A stretch of DNA of 64,000 nucleotides from Candidatus Bathyarchaeota archaeon (GCA_018396535.1 JAGTQC010000002.1:192001-256000); one strand, 5' to 3'; counted from the first letter of the stretch, positions 39,053-50,192 are shown. Numbers and translations are program-made. The notes: generated by a model from the letters alone, not told the origin.

Positions 39053-40960
39053 CTACTCCCATGGAAGCTTCCAATGTATAAGATCTGGTATACCCCCATA
39101 TCTCTCGCTATCTGCTATAGTAAAGTATGCTTCTAACGGTCTACTACTTCTCAAAAGCTTTATCGCTACCTGATTCCATCCGCTTCTAAGCTTTGCATCA
39201 GTATAGTTCGATCTATCTCCACTATAGTTTGGTCTTAGAGGTACTGGTTTAACTGTCTCATGGATAATTGATCCGTTCAGCCACAGCTTCATAATACTAT
39301 TATTCGGTACACCTATCCTAACCCTACGCTCAGACTGTGAGTATATGAAGTGTCTTAGATATATTATACCAGGCTTCCCTTTGAAGAAACGTTCTACTTC
39401 AAGCCTACTCTCAGACCATAACTCTATCCTCCAGCCATCACCTATATCGTATAGATCTACATCATCCTCAGGTGGTAGGTATGTATCTATAGATAAATCT
39501 CCATAGAATACATCGGATATAAGCCATACATATCCTCCTACAAAGTTTACCGGTATACCTATAACTCCAGGTCTACCAACTAGATCGATATCTACGAGGC
39601 ATTTATTCGATGAACATATACTACCACTATAAGCTTTAACCGTGAAGATCGTATCTGCAACACCCTTACCAGGTATATCTAGGTTTACGAGAGTATGGGG
39701 ATCTAGGATCCATCCATCTGGTGTATGAACCTTTACCCTAGCAGATACTGGTATACTCCTAAGATTCTCTACAGATACCTTAAACCTATTAGGTATACCT
39801 GGTAGTATAGCTGGTCCATCGAGATAGGCTACATAGACCCTTATACTATTAGAGTAGAATTCAATCCTATCGTATGGTATACTCCATAGGCCTCTCACAC
39901 TCTCTAGCTTAGATTCTATAATCCTCTCCGCATCTTCGAAATGATCTGTATCAGATATCTCGATAGATGTATCGAAATATGATATTACTCTCCTACCTAT
40001 ACTACATACCTCGTATGTAAGTTCTCCTAAACTCGATGGTATACAGATATTTGCTATACCACTACTAACAGTTATAGTATCACCTAGAGGATCTATCCAC
40101 TCCCTAGGTAGCCTACTCCTACCGTAGATTATACCCCATATAGCTCCGACGGTAGCCCCCGTACAATCAGTATCCCATCCACAATTCACAGCTTTACATA
40201 TAGCATCACCGAAATCCCTACCATATAGTAGACCTATAGTCTGGAATCCGAGATTTATAGGAGAATACTGCGCTACAGGATGGTATACCATCCTCCTAAC
40301 ATACTCACGAGCATCCATCCAATCCAATCCATCTAGGTATGCATCTAAAGCAGCTTCCACAGCTTTAGCAGTTTTCGAATCCTCTGGTATAGCTTTCAAA
40401 CCTATCTCAACAAGCTTAACCCTATCGCTGATTACGAAAGCTGAAGATTCCAAGACGGTATTGAATACCTCTCCATATACAGATTCACCTCCTGCATGAT
40501 CGCATATAGCATCCTGATACGCATACCTTGCAGCTATATCTGGAGCTCCAGGAGCTATGCAAGCCCATATCTCAGATCTTATAGGGCTACCCATACAATC
40601 CTTAAACCAGTTATCGTATAATCCAGAGATAGGCGGTATAAGACCCCTCCTAAGATTCATCCTACAGAAGCCATACTCATCCGGATTATAGAGTATACAA
40701 TCTAGCCAATACTCAGCTAGATCTCGAGCTGATAATAGTATACCTCTATCCTTTAAAGCTTGAAGCCATACAAGCTGGATCTCCAAATCATCGTTAGGTA
40801 TACCACCCTCAACTATACGTGGATACCACCATACATTAAACATCTCATCCCTCCCATATATATCCTCTAACGGTCCTCCAAGAGTCCCCCCAGCATTCTT
40901 ACCGAGCCAGCATCCATATACCTTATCCATATAGGTATACCAACTAATCTTTAACACCAT
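39053..40960 (-). CDS. ADP-ribosylglycohydrolase family protein with C-terminal beta-sandwich domains
   Basis: GGTLGGP, PNDDL, MGSPIRSE and GWDTDCTGAT motifs; start reassigned from 41002. Confidence 0.85.
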   Translation of the reverse strand: MVLKISWYTYMDKVYGCWLGKNAGGTLGGPLEDIYGRDEMFNVWWYPRIVEGGIPNDDLEIQLVWLQALKDRGILLSARDLAEYWLDCILYNPDEYGFCRMNLRRGLIPPISGLYDNWFKDCMGSPIRSEIWACIAPGAPDIAARYAYQDAICDHAGGESVYGEVFNTVLESSAFVISDRVKLVEIGLKAIPEDSKTAKAVEAALDAYLDGLDWMDAREYVRRMVYHPVAQYSPINLGFQTIGLLYGRDFGDAICKAVNCGWDTDCTGATVGAIWGIIYGRSRLPREWIDPLGDTITVSSGIANICIPSSLGELTYEVCSIGRRVISYFDTSIEISDTDHFEDAERIIESKLESVRGLWSIPYDRIEFYSNSIRVYVAYLDGPAILPGIPNRFKVSVENLRSIPVSARVKVHTPDGWILDPHTLVNLDIPGKGVADTIFTVKAYSGSICSSNKCLVDIDLVGRPGVIGIPVNFVGGYVWLISDVFYGDLSIDTYLPPEDDVDLYDIGDGWRIELWSESRLEVERFFKGKPGIIYLRHFIYSQSERRVRIGVPNNSIMKLWLNGSIIHETVKPVPLRPNYSGDRSNYTDAKLRSGWNQVAIKLLRSSRPLEAYFTIADSERYGGIPDLIHWKLPWE

Positions 40961-41110
40961 ACATCGCTCCCATAGATACCTATCCGATCCGACATTTATC
41001 AATGTTAGTTTTCTATCAACCCTATCTAGATAGTCTATCTAAGTATTAAACATACTATGCTAAATTCTTTAAACCCTCCTGATCAACTAAGATTTATCTC
41101 GGTGGTTTAT

Positions 41111-42154
41111 TTGAATAGCGATGCTATAAGGGTTGGTATAGATGGTCTGGGTAGGAGTGGATGGAATATTCATGCACGTATTTTCGAAGAGCTATCTGAT
41201 ATGTATAGAGTTGTAGGTGTATGCGATCCGATAAGGGAGAGGAGGATGGAGGCTTACGCTAAATTCGGTTGCCGTATATACGATGATTTCGATGATCTAA
41301 TAGGAGATGATGAGATCGAGCTTATAGTTGTAGCTACACCTAGCTATCTACATGCATCCCATACCATAGCTGCTCTAGAATCTGGTAAAGATGTGGTATG
41401 CGAGAAGCCTATGGCTTCAAACCTATCTGAAGCCGATGCTATGATAGAAGCCTCTCGTAGAACTGGTAGACTCCTAACGGTATTCCATAACAGCTTATTC
41501 GCTCCAGACTATCTAAAGGTTATGGAGATAATAGAATCTGGTAAACTTGGAAAAATACTACTAGTTAAGATATACAGCCATACATTCGGTAGACGATGGG
41601 ATTGGCAGACTCTTAGAAAGTTTGGTGGAGGAGAACTTAGAAATAACGGTGTACACTTGATAGCTCAAGCATTACAGATAATAGGCGATAGAGATGTGGA
41701 AGTATTCTGCGATCTAAGAAGAGCATTAACCCTAGGAGATGCTGAGGATCACGTGAAACTAGTACTGAAAGCAGATGATTCACCCCTAATAGATATAGAG
41801 GTTACGAGAGCATGCGCATACCCACAATACAAGTGGCTGGTTATGGGTACACAAGGAGGATTGGTAGGGGATTCCAATATCATAAGATGCAAGTACTTCG
41901 ATCCTAGAGAACTACCACCTAGACAAGTCGAGATAGAGCCAACACCAGATCGTAGCTACAATCGTGAAGAAATACCGTGGAGAGAAGAGGAGCATCATAT
42001 AGGAGTGGAAGCCGGATCTAGCGGCGTAGCCTTCTATAAGAAGCTATACGAAACCATAAGATACGGAGCACCACCACCAGTCCCGCTAGAACTACCACGT
42101 AAGGTTATGTGGATAATAGATAGATGCTTCAAACTAGTCGGAAACCTATCATAA
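41111..42154 (+). CDS. Gfo/Idh/MocA family oxidoreductase
   Basis: GLGRSG, VVATP, CEKPMA and GGGEL..GVH motifs; TTG start after GGTGG. Confidence 0.9.
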   Translation: MNSDAIRVGIDGLGRSGWNIHARIFEELSDMYRVVGVCDPIRERRMEAYAKFGCRIYDDFDDLIGDDEIELIVVATPSYLHASHTIAALESGKDVVCEKPMASNLSEADAMIEASRRTGRLLTVFHNSLFAPDYLKVMEIIESGKLGKILLVKIYSHTFGRRWDWQTLRKFGGGELRNNGVHLIAQALQIIGDRDVEVFCDLRRALTLGDAEDHVKLVLKADDSPLIDIEVTRACAYPQYKWLVMGTQGGLVGDSNIIRCKYFDPRELPPRQVEIEPTPDRSYNREEIPWREEEHHIGVEAGSSGVAFYKKLYETIRYGAPPPVPLELPRKVMWIIDRCFKLVGNLS

Positions 42155-42264
42155 CATATCATCGAGCAACCACGACTATACTCTTCCACGAACCATTACC
42201 CAACTCTAGATGGAAAACTTAAATCCTCCTAAACCTATCTAGCAACCCCCTACGCCCCAGATTC

Positions 42265-42342
42265 CTAGAATACTTCCATAAGCTCTATTACGGATCTTAC
42301 CTTAAACTCCACATAGCTGTAATCCTTAGATACTAGAATCGC
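42265..42342 (-). pseudogene. Short gene remnant resembling the C-terminus of a HAD hydrolase
   Basis: AILVSKDYSYVEFKVRSVIELMEVF* inside an 835-bp ORF-free gap. Confidence 0.25.
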
Positions 42343-42989
42343 TTGATATGCTACGATGATGACTGATAACTCTGCAACCCTGCAAGCCTAAGATAAGCCA
42401 TACTAGCAGCTTCCTAATAGCTCTCCGAAAACAGGTATATATTCATCTCGTTAGAAATGCTTCTAGAAACAGTATAATCACAGCTATCTTCCAAGCCTAG
42501 ATGAAAACATATGGATACCAGCTTTATGAAGCTAATCTAGACTCAGCTACGTTATCTAAAGCAGATGGTAGCGGACATAGTATATGTAAGCCTACTAGGA
42601 ATTAATATCGAGAGTAAGTTCAAGTTCTACTAAGACTTTCACATGAAGCCTCATATAGCTATCTATACTCGTCTCGGCTATATAGGTTAACGCCTCCTTC
42701 ATAATCCCGGTAAGTACGCTCATCATTCCGAATACCCCAGTCATATCGATATAGCTGCTAACATAGCTTATACTATAAGGGAGGCCTAGAGTTTAAGATT
42801 ACCATAAACTATGATATTATCCCAACCATAACAGTTCTACACTAAAAATAGCCCTAGGCTAGGTATAAAAGATACAAAAATATACGTTACGTTCGTTACG
42901 TTCTATTAAAGCTGAGGGGTTATAGGTTAACCATAGATAAACCCTACCATCTACTAGAGAATTTCCATAGCGAAGGCTACTAATACTCT

Positions 42990-43520
42990 TTAAACTCCTC
43001 CAGATTGTGAAACCACCCCTACTATCGATCCTGTTAAAACTATGGTATTACCGCTTACTAAACGAATCTCGATAGTCGCTGTAGAACCTCTAAGATCAGC
43101 AGACCCATTACCAGGAATTTTAGGAACATCGAACACGAATTTTAAGACAGTACCTGCTCCAGGTGGAGTTGGATCGATGGATACTGGTGTAGGTAGAAGA
43201 TTAGAATCAGTGTATATACCTTTGCAGGGTAGGGTATAACCTCCGACTCTAAGCGTTATAGCAGATGTGTCTTGTATTCTATCTGATGAGGTACCTGTAT
43301 TCATGAATAATACTCCTACAGTAACATTCTCACTAGGTTCCTCATTAGTAATGACCTGAGTCATGTTTATGAGTGATGCTGATATTTTTGGTCCTCCTAC
43401 GAATCCCGACCATAGACCCATAAGCCATGCTGCTACTGCTAGCGATATAGCTATGGTTACCGCTATTATTATTATCGTAGCTATTACTGGTGATATAGCT
43501 TTTCTTTCAATCTTCCTCAT
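42990..43520 (-). CDS. Archaeal type IV pilin, probable major pilin
   Basis: Canonical RKA|ISPVIATIIIIAVT signal; NTG motif. Confidence 0.9.
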   Translation of the reverse strand: MRKIERKAISPVIATIIIIAVTIAISLAVAAWLMGLWSGFVGGPKISASLINMTQVITNEEPSENVTVGVLFMNTGTSSDRIQDTSAITLRVGGYTLPCKGIYTDSNLLPTPVSIDPTPPGAGTVLKFVFDVPKIPGNGSADLRGSTATIEIRLVSGNTIVLTGSIVGVVSQSGGV

Positions 43521-43666
43521 AATTTCACCTCCTACACCTATACTATTAATATTTCAAATCTAGAGTATTTAAAGCTTATTATTTGGTAATACCTTTACCA
43601 TATAGGCTTCGAAAATTTTATTAGAACCTATATAGCTATATTCGTATTACTGGTGTATAACTGGGT

Positions 43667-44080
43667 TTGGTTGTGGAAGTTAGAGGTTTTGAAAGATTTC
43701 AGGATTTCATAGAATCTATCGATAGCGAGGTTACACGTCTTAAAGCTCTCCTAGGCGATTATATGCGTAGAGTCGAATCTGTTAAAGCTAGAGCTGAGAA
43801 GCATCTAAAGGTTCAGGGTGCGATATCTAAGATAGCTAAGAAGAAGCTTCCTGAAGGTGAGGTGATAGATCTTAAAGGTGTGGAGGCTTTGATCAACCCC
43901 TCTCCTAAACAGGAGCTTGATATACTTCTAGAAGCTATGCAGAGTGTTCAGGATCGTATAAATCAGCTTGAGAATATCAAGAAATCTGTATCTGTATTTC
44001 AGGAAGCTCAGAGTCTCGATATACCTATCGAAGTAGTGTATAGGGATGGTGTACCTAAGACGATAATAGTTAGGATGTGA
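43667..44080 (+). CDS. Conserved-looking coiled-coil protein inside the pilus locus
   Basis: Two long amphipathic helices; C-terminal YRDGVP hairpin. Confidence 0.7.
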   Translation: MVVEVRGFERFQDFIESIDSEVTRLKALLGDYMRRVESVKARAEKHLKVQGAISKIAKKKLPEGEVIDLKGVEALINPSPKQELDILLEAMQSVQDRINQLENIKKSVSVFQEAQSLDIPIEVVYRDGVPKTIIVRM

Positions 44081-44094
44081 TATTATACCATAAT

Positions 44095-46758
44095 TCAGCT
44101 TCCAACTCCAAGCTCTCTAAGCTCTTCTTCAGATACTTCTTCAAGCTCCCTCATCCTACGTCTACGTAGATAGAATATTATAGTTAGCAGTGATCCTATA
44201 GGTATCACGGCTAGTAGTAGTATGTATGGTAGATACCTCCATAATATAGTTATAAACTCGGGTTGAAGCCTTAGTAGAATCTGCTTAGATTCTGATAGAT
44301 CTATATATGTAGTTGTAGGTTTATATCCATCCATAGATACTGTGACGGTGTATCTCCCTCTGATAAGCTCCCTTCTGAATATACCGTAGCTATCTGTATA
44401 GGATGCTAAACTCTCAGGCCCCGATATGGTTATCCTAGCACCTTCTAGAGGCTTATCTACATCATCTACTACTGTTATAGTTAGGGTGTAGGTTTCTGGT
44501 TGTAGGATAGCTTCTAGTGAAAGCTTATCAGGTATAACTAGATCTACCGAATACCTTCTCCAACCGCTTGATATGAATTCGAATCTATATGAGCCGTATG
44601 GTAGGGGGGCTCTAAGTAAACCATCGGTGAAGGATGCTTCCGAATATAGCTTACCAGCTCTATAGATTCTAACAGATCCGAATAGAGGTGTACCATCATA
44701 GCCTTTAATAGATGCTGTTAGAGTGTATATCGTAGGATCGAGGGATATTATCGTAACAGTATCATCGGTTAATCGTATAGGTATAGCTTTAGGATTGTAA
44801 TGGTTTGCTTGAATCTTCAAGATATAGTCTCCGTATGGAGCTGTAAATACAGCTTCACCTCTAGCTGATGTATAGGTGTACCCGTATAGCTTATCCATCC
44901 ACCATAACTCTACCGATGCTCTACCTATGAATTCATCGAGCCATGAGCCTACGGTTAAAGCTAGCCTATAGTATTCGGGTGTTAACGGTATGCTAAGGTT
45001 TACGCTAGAAGTTAATCTAACCGTAGCGTTATACGATTTATAATGATCTGCATAGACTTTAACATTATACGTATCCCTTGGTAGTACTAGTATCGGGTTT
45101 ACAGGTGTAAGCGTGGTAGATACGTTGAATCCGAGCCTACCTTCAACCTCTACTCTATAGCTCTCAGGTTTAATATCGATGCTTCTTTCATCGTATACGT
45201 TGAATATCAATGGATACATAGGTTGAACTAGGATTCTAGAATCGACTTCTAGACATAGATCTGATGCTAGCCGTATATCTATGGATGCTTTACCTATATC
45301 TATATGATCTACTACTATAGTATAGGATCCTACCGGTAGGAGTAGCCTAGATGGTGTGGTAGTATATATCTCCATACCCATACCTGCTATCGTTAAATTC
45401 GCTCCGGTTATACTTACACCTGTAGGATCCGTTAGCGATACATCTAGTATACGCTTCTTCAATCTAGCATCTGATAGTATAGCTAGGCTTCCATCGGAGA
45501 AGCCTACAGCTAGTCTATAACCTAGATTTGATAGATCTATAGAGGTAGCTTTTGATAGGCTTAGAGGTGATCTCCATAGTAGATCCCCTACCTCATCGAT
45601 CATGTACACCCATCCATCGGATACGCCTACCGCTATAGTAAGTGGTATGGATTCTAGAGCGATACATGATGGTGTATATCCTAAGCTTATACTCCATAAG
45701 TAGTTAACGATATGAGCAGATATACCGAATAGGTATAGCTGATAGTCTTCGGATACTACCGCTATATATCTACCGCTAGAATCCATTCTTACAGCTACAC
45801 ATCTTCCTCCAAGACTATAACTCCAGAAGGATCTGATGGTGTAGAATCCGCTAAGCTTATACTCGCTAAGCTCGTATACGCGTATAAGGTATCTAGCCTT
45901 AGGATCTGGGTTAGCTGGATTACTACCAGCTGCTAGGATGAGTTTAGAGAAGCCTGTATCGTATAGTTCTAGTGAATCTAACCTATATCCACGCATATCA
46001 TCTAAGACTACCTGGAATAGATTCTCTATAATAGTATCTGTGAAACGGTAAAATCTGAGTAGCGGCGCATCGTATATCGATAATACTCCAGTCCTATTAT
46101 CGGATATCCTAGCATATATAGCTATAGCAGCTTCACCAGTTAACCCCTGGCTAGATTTAGATGGATAAATCTCTGTGAATATCGATGGATCGAATCTAGC
46201 TATAGATAGACTATACCCTTTAACCGTATAGCTGTATCCTAGTATCCATTCCTCACCCCTACCTTCAGGTCTACCTATAGCGTAGGAGTATATCCATCCA
46301 AGTTCATCTAGAAGTACTACGATCGATCTATCGTATAGGTATAGGAGACTCCTAGTTTGAGCTCTACTACATCTATGCCTATAGTCTACTAGGCTCCCGT
46401 TATAGCTATAGACTGTTAGCTCCATAGCCTTGGATACGGCTACTATATACTCTAGGTTTATGCTACCCTGCATATGGGATATACCGGCTCTCATAGGTGT
46501 CTTCCATAGGATACGCCCATCGTATCCTAGGAGATATAGGTACCCGGTATCAGATGCTACAGCTATATGTGAACCGTCGTAAGCTATATCTATGGATGTT
46601 ATCGATCCATCAATCTTGGTATAAATGGATTTAGGTATAGATATGATGGGAGTTACATATTCAGCTCTATATCTAGGCATATACATAGATGCTATGGTTA
46701 ATACCAGTACTATGCATACAAACATGTATAGATGAATATTTACAGATCTATTCTCCAA
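44095..46758 (-). CDS. Large surface protein: signal peptide, WD40/PQQ-like beta-propeller, tandem PEGA/carboxypeptidase-regulatory-like domains, C-terminal TM anchor
   Basis: DGSHIAVAS...G.ILW blades; repeated LP.G.Y...V...Y modules; TM followed by RRRR. Confidence 0.8.
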   Translation of the reverse strand: MENRSVNIHLYMFVCIVLVLTIASMYMPRYRAEYVTPIISIPKSIYTKIDGSITSIDIAYDGSHIAVASDTGYLYLLGYDGRILWKTPMRAGISHMQGSINLEYIVAVSKAMELTVYSYNGSLVDYRHRCSRAQTRSLLYLYDRSIVVLLDELGWIYSYAIGRPEGRGEEWILGYSYTVKGYSLSIARFDPSIFTEIYPSKSSQGLTGEAAIAIYARISDNRTGVLSIYDAPLLRFYRFTDTIIENLFQVVLDDMRGYRLDSLELYDTGFSKLILAAGSNPANPDPKARYLIRVYELSEYKLSGFYTIRSFWSYSLGGRCVAVRMDSSGRYIAVVSEDYQLYLFGISAHIVNYLWSISLGYTPSCIALESIPLTIAVGVSDGWVYMIDEVGDLLWRSPLSLSKATSIDLSNLGYRLAVGFSDGSLAILSDARLKKRILDVSLTDPTGVSITGANLTIAGMGMEIYTTTPSRLLLPVGSYTIVVDHIDIGKASIDIRLASDLCLEVDSRILVQPMYPLIFNVYDERSIDIKPESYRVEVEGRLGFNVSTTLTPVNPILVLPRDTYNVKVYADHYKSYNATVRLTSSVNLSIPLTPEYYRLALTVGSWLDEFIGRASVELWWMDKLYGYTYTSARGEAVFTAPYGDYILKIQANHYNPKAIPIRLTDDTVTIISLDPTIYTLTASIKGYDGTPLFGSVRIYRAGKLYSEASFTDGLLRAPLPYGSYRFEFISSGWRRYSVDLVIPDKLSLEAILQPETYTLTITVVDDVDKPLEGARITISGPESLASYTDSYGIFRRELIRGRYTVTVSMDGYKPTTTYIDLSESKQILLRLQPEFITILWRYLPYILLLAVIPIGSLLTIIFYLRRRRMRELEEVSEEELRELGVGS

Positions 46759-46790
46759 ATCTAAATTACACCACGCCTTATATTGACATA

Positions 46791-46805
46791 GAAAACCTTT
46801 AAATA
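46791..46805 (+). promoter_or_regulatory. BRE-TATA promoter upstream of T4P ATPase 1
   Basis: GAAAACCTTTAAATA matches the archaeal BRE+TATA consensus. Confidence 0.55.
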
Positions 46806-46858
46806 CTTTTCTATTTTCTAAAAGTATTCAATTTCAGAATAGGTTAGGAGTAGATGAT

Positions 46859-48415
46859 ATGATAGAAGGTGTTGGGAGAACAGATGCTTCTACAGAAGCT
46901 GGGTTAGTAACGATAACCCCTACTCTAATACCAAAAGGCTTCAGGATTATCGAAGGCTATAGTATAAGAGAACCCTATGTACGTATAGCTATAGTTCGTA
47001 ACGATGAAACAGGTGAGATACTATACCTCGTAGATGAGGTTAAACTTACACGTAGGGAGAGGAGTATCTATCTACGTATAATCGAAACACTCGAATGGGA
47101 GCTTAAACCTATAGAAGAAACTGAAGATCCATATGAATACTTTAGGAAGACGGCTGTTAAAACTATACATAAGTATAGGATTAGGCTCGGGAATATACCT
47201 GGTGTATCTTGGGCTAAGATACTATACTATGCTGAAAGGGATATACTAGGCTATGGTAAGATAGATGCTTTAATGAAGGATCCGAACCTGGAGGATATAA
47301 GCTGCGATGGTTATGGTAGACCTATCTACGTATGGCATAGACGCTATGAGTATATACCGACGAACGTGATGTTCGAAGATGAGGAGGAGCTTAACGAATT
47401 CGTATTAAAGCTTGCACATAAAGCTGGTAAACATGTATCGACTGCATGGCCTATACTCGATGCTATGCTACCAGGTATGCATAGGGTTGCAGCTACGTTT
47501 AGTAAAGAAGTATCGACAAGCGGATCTACATTTACTATAAGGAAGTTTAGGGAGGATCCTATATCGGTAATCGATCTGATAAACTTTGGTACGATAGATC
47601 CTGAGACTGCAGCCTACCTATGGATTGCTATGGAGTATAAGATGCCAGCTTTGATAATGGGTGTTACCGGTAGTGGTAAGACTACTTTATTGAACGCTCT
47701 CACATGTCTATTCAGACCTACACTTAAAGTCGTTACTATAGAGGATATACCTGAGCTTAGACTACCGTTAGAGAACTGGGTTCAGCTAGTATCCAGACCT
47801 AGTTATAGCCTTGGACCTGAGAGGGTTGGGGAGATTTCACTCTTCGATCTAGTTAAAGTTTCTCTAAGATATAGACCTGATATAATCATAGTAGGTGAGG
47901 TTAGGGGTGAGGAGGCATACGTATTATTCCAAGCTCTAGCTACGGGTCATGGAGGGCTTACAACCATACATGCTGAGGATGTGGAAGCAGCTGTTAGACG
48001 TTTAACATCACCACCTATGAATATACCTGATGGCTACATACCTTTGATGAAGCTTGGTATGATAATAAGGAGGGTTAGGATATTCTCAGAGGATAATCCT
48101 GCAGGTAGGATTACACGTAGGGTTGCAGGAGTCTACGAGGTGAAGGGGGTTGGAAGCTATAATCGTGTATCCATATGGGATCCTTATAGGGATAGATTCG
48201 AGAAGAATCTAAACGATAGCTTCGTATTGAGAGAGATAGCTGAAACCATAGGTAGGAGCTATGATCAGCTTCTAGAAGAGGTTTCTAGACGTAGCACCGT
48301 ACTCAGATGGATGGCTTCTAAAGGTATAAGAAGCTATAAGGATGTAGCTTCCATGGTGCATCTGTATTATGCTGATCCATGGAGGGTGTATGAACGTGCG
48401 GTTAAGGAAGCGTAG
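46859..48415 (+). CDS. Type IV pilus assembly ATPase (VirB11/PilB/ArlI family), system 1
   Basis: DPNLEDISC, GVTGSGKT, TIED, LRYRPD..IVGEVRG and TGH...TTIHA motifs. Confidence 0.93.
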   Translation: MIEGVGRTDASTEAGLVTITPTLIPKGFRIIEGYSIREPYVRIAIVRNDETGEILYLVDEVKLTRRERSIYLRIIETLEWELKPIEETEDPYEYFRKTAVKTIHKYRIRLGNIPGVSWAKILYYAERDILGYGKIDALMKDPNLEDISCDGYGRPIYVWHRRYEYIPTNVMFEDEEELNEFVLKLAHKAGKHVSTAWPILDAMLPGMHRVAATFSKEVSTSGSTFTIRKFREDPISVIDLINFGTIDPETAAYLWIAMEYKMPALIMGVTGSGKTTLLNALTCLFRPTLKVVTIEDIPELRLPLENWVQLVSRPSYSLGPERVGEISLFDLVKVSLRYRPDIIIVGEVRGEEAYVLFQALATGHGGLTTIHAEDVEAAVRRLTSPPMNIPDGYIPLMKLGMIIRRVRIFSEDNPAGRITRRVAGVYEVKGVGSYNRVSIWDPYRDRFEKNLNDSFVLREIAETIGRSYDQLLEEVSRRSTVLRWMASKGIRSYKDVASMVHLYYADPWRVYERAVKEA

Positions 48416-50192
48416 AGAAGCTGTGACGGAGGAGGCTCTACCGAAGCCGGAAGAGCCTCTAACCTTCATGGATAAGCTAGATGTATTCGCATACTCCCTA
48501 TTCGGAGGGATATCCTCTAGGGTTGCTAGAAGCTTCGAATTCGATAAGTATCTAAGTAGAGCTGGTATAGATGTTAGCCCTACGCTATACGCTGCTAGAG
48601 CTCTACTATTTACGCTTATATCCACCTACATAGCCTATATGGCTATAACCTCTACTATACTCTTCGCAGAGGGTATGATAGTTAAGATTCTAGTCTTGAT
48701 CGTAGCTTCCATGATTCCTCTCATGACACTCTCATTCTTCCTGATATATCCATCACTTAAAGCTTCTAGCAGGAGTAAGGATATGGAGCATGAGCTGCCA
48801 TTCTTCGCAGCCTACATATCGACTATGATTAGGGGGGGATTGAGTATAAGCGCAGCTTTAGAAAGGCTATCTAGGATAAAGGATCTGCCTGGAGCTTCTA
48901 TGGAGGCTAAACGTATACTTAGAGATATAAAGGTCTTCGGGAAGGATCCTATATCCGCTCTAGAGGATAGTGTTAAGGAGCATCCGAATAGATACTATAG
49001 AGACTTCATACTAGGCTATACATCTACGGTTAGGAGGGGTGGAGATATAATCCACTATCTATATAGTAAGACTGAGGGGTTATTCGAAGCTCATGCCGCT
49101 ATGATTAAGAGGATAGCGGATAAAGTTGCTTTAGCAGCTGAGGTATACGTTATACTCATAGTGTTGGTAGGTCTCGGATTCTACATATTCTTCGCTGTAT
49201 CCACTATGATGCCTGGTCAAACTGCAAGCCCATTCTCCTCGATAGTATCACTAATACTATTCGCATACCTTCTTATGCCTCTACTATCGCTTATAACTCT
49301 TCTAATGGTAGATGCCATGATGCCTAAGATGGTTATACCGATAAACGAGCCTAATAAGACGCTTATCCTAAGTATACCATTGGGTATAGGTGTAACTCTA
49401 GCCGTACTCTATGCTACCGGTGGCTGGAGCTTTATACAGAGTGGAGTGATAAACAGGTATACTGTAGTATCGACTATATTCGCTCTATCCATAGGTCTTA
49501 TAGCTTTATCAACACCTCCTGCACTACATTACTCCTTACTAGCTAAAGGTATTAGAGGATTTGAAGATGATGTTGCTAGCTTTCTAAGAGATCTAGTAGA
49601 GGTTAGGAAGACTGGTATATCACCTGAGAGATGCATAATCTATACATCTAGGAGGAGCTATGGCAGGTTTACACCCTTAGTAAACGATATGTCTAAACTA
49701 CTATCATGGGGTATACCTATACGTAGAGCTATCGAGAGGGTGATATCTAGAACTAAGAATTGGTTTGTTAGAGTTCTACTAACATTCCTAGCTGAAGCTA
49801 TAGATGTAGGAGGTGGGAGTGTAGAGATACTTGAAGCTCTAGCTAGATTCTCCTTCTCGCTAGCAGAGTATGAGAAGGAGCTTAGAGCTAGGATAAAGCC
49901 ATACATTATGATGCCATACTTCGGAGCATTGATGACTGTCGTATCAACCATACTCATAGTATACTTCACAAGCCAGACTATGGCTATACTACCGAGTAAA
50001 CCCCCGATAACTATGGAGGAAGCTGTATTCTACTTCTCTACATCGATGATAATAAACTCATGGCTTATAGGGCTTGTAGCAGGTAAGATAAGTAATCAGC
50101 AGACTATGGCTGGACTTACACATTCGACGATACTAGTCTTCACAGTATTCGCTACACTAGCTATAATGAATGCTATGCTATTCCAATTCTAA
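48390..50192 (+). CDS. T4P membrane platform protein, fused two-domain TadC/GspF type
   Basis: Two T2SSF repeats (HELPFF..., FLRDLVEVRKTG..GGG); overlaps the ATPase stop. Confidence 0.9.
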   Translation: MNVRLRKRREAVTEEALPKPEEPLTFMDKLDVFAYSLFGGISSRVARSFEFDKYLSRAGIDVSPTLYAARALLFTLISTYIAYMAITSTILFAEGMIVKILVLIVASMIPLMTLSFFLIYPSLKASSRSKDMEHELPFFAAYISTMIRGGLSISAALERLSRIKDLPGASMEAKRILRDIKVFGKDPISALEDSVKEHPNRYYRDFILGYTSTVRRGGDIIHYLYSKTEGLFEAHAAMIKRIADKVALAAEVYVILIVLVGLGFYIFFAVSTMMPGQTASPFSSIVSLILFAYLLMPLLSLITLLMVDAMMPKMVIPINEPNKTLILSIPLGIGVTLAVLYATGGWSFIQSGVINRYTVVSTIFALSIGLIALSTPPALHYSLLAKGIRGFEDDVASFLRDLVEVRKTGISPERCIIYTSRRSYGRFTPLVNDMSKLLSWGIPIRRAIERVISRTKNWFVRVLLTFLAEAIDVGGGSVEILEALARFSFSLAEYEKELRARIKPYIMMPYFGALMTVVSTILIVYFTSQTMAILPSKPPITMEEAVFYFSTSMIINSWLIGLVAGKISNQQTMAGLTHSTILVFTVFATLAIMNAMLFQF

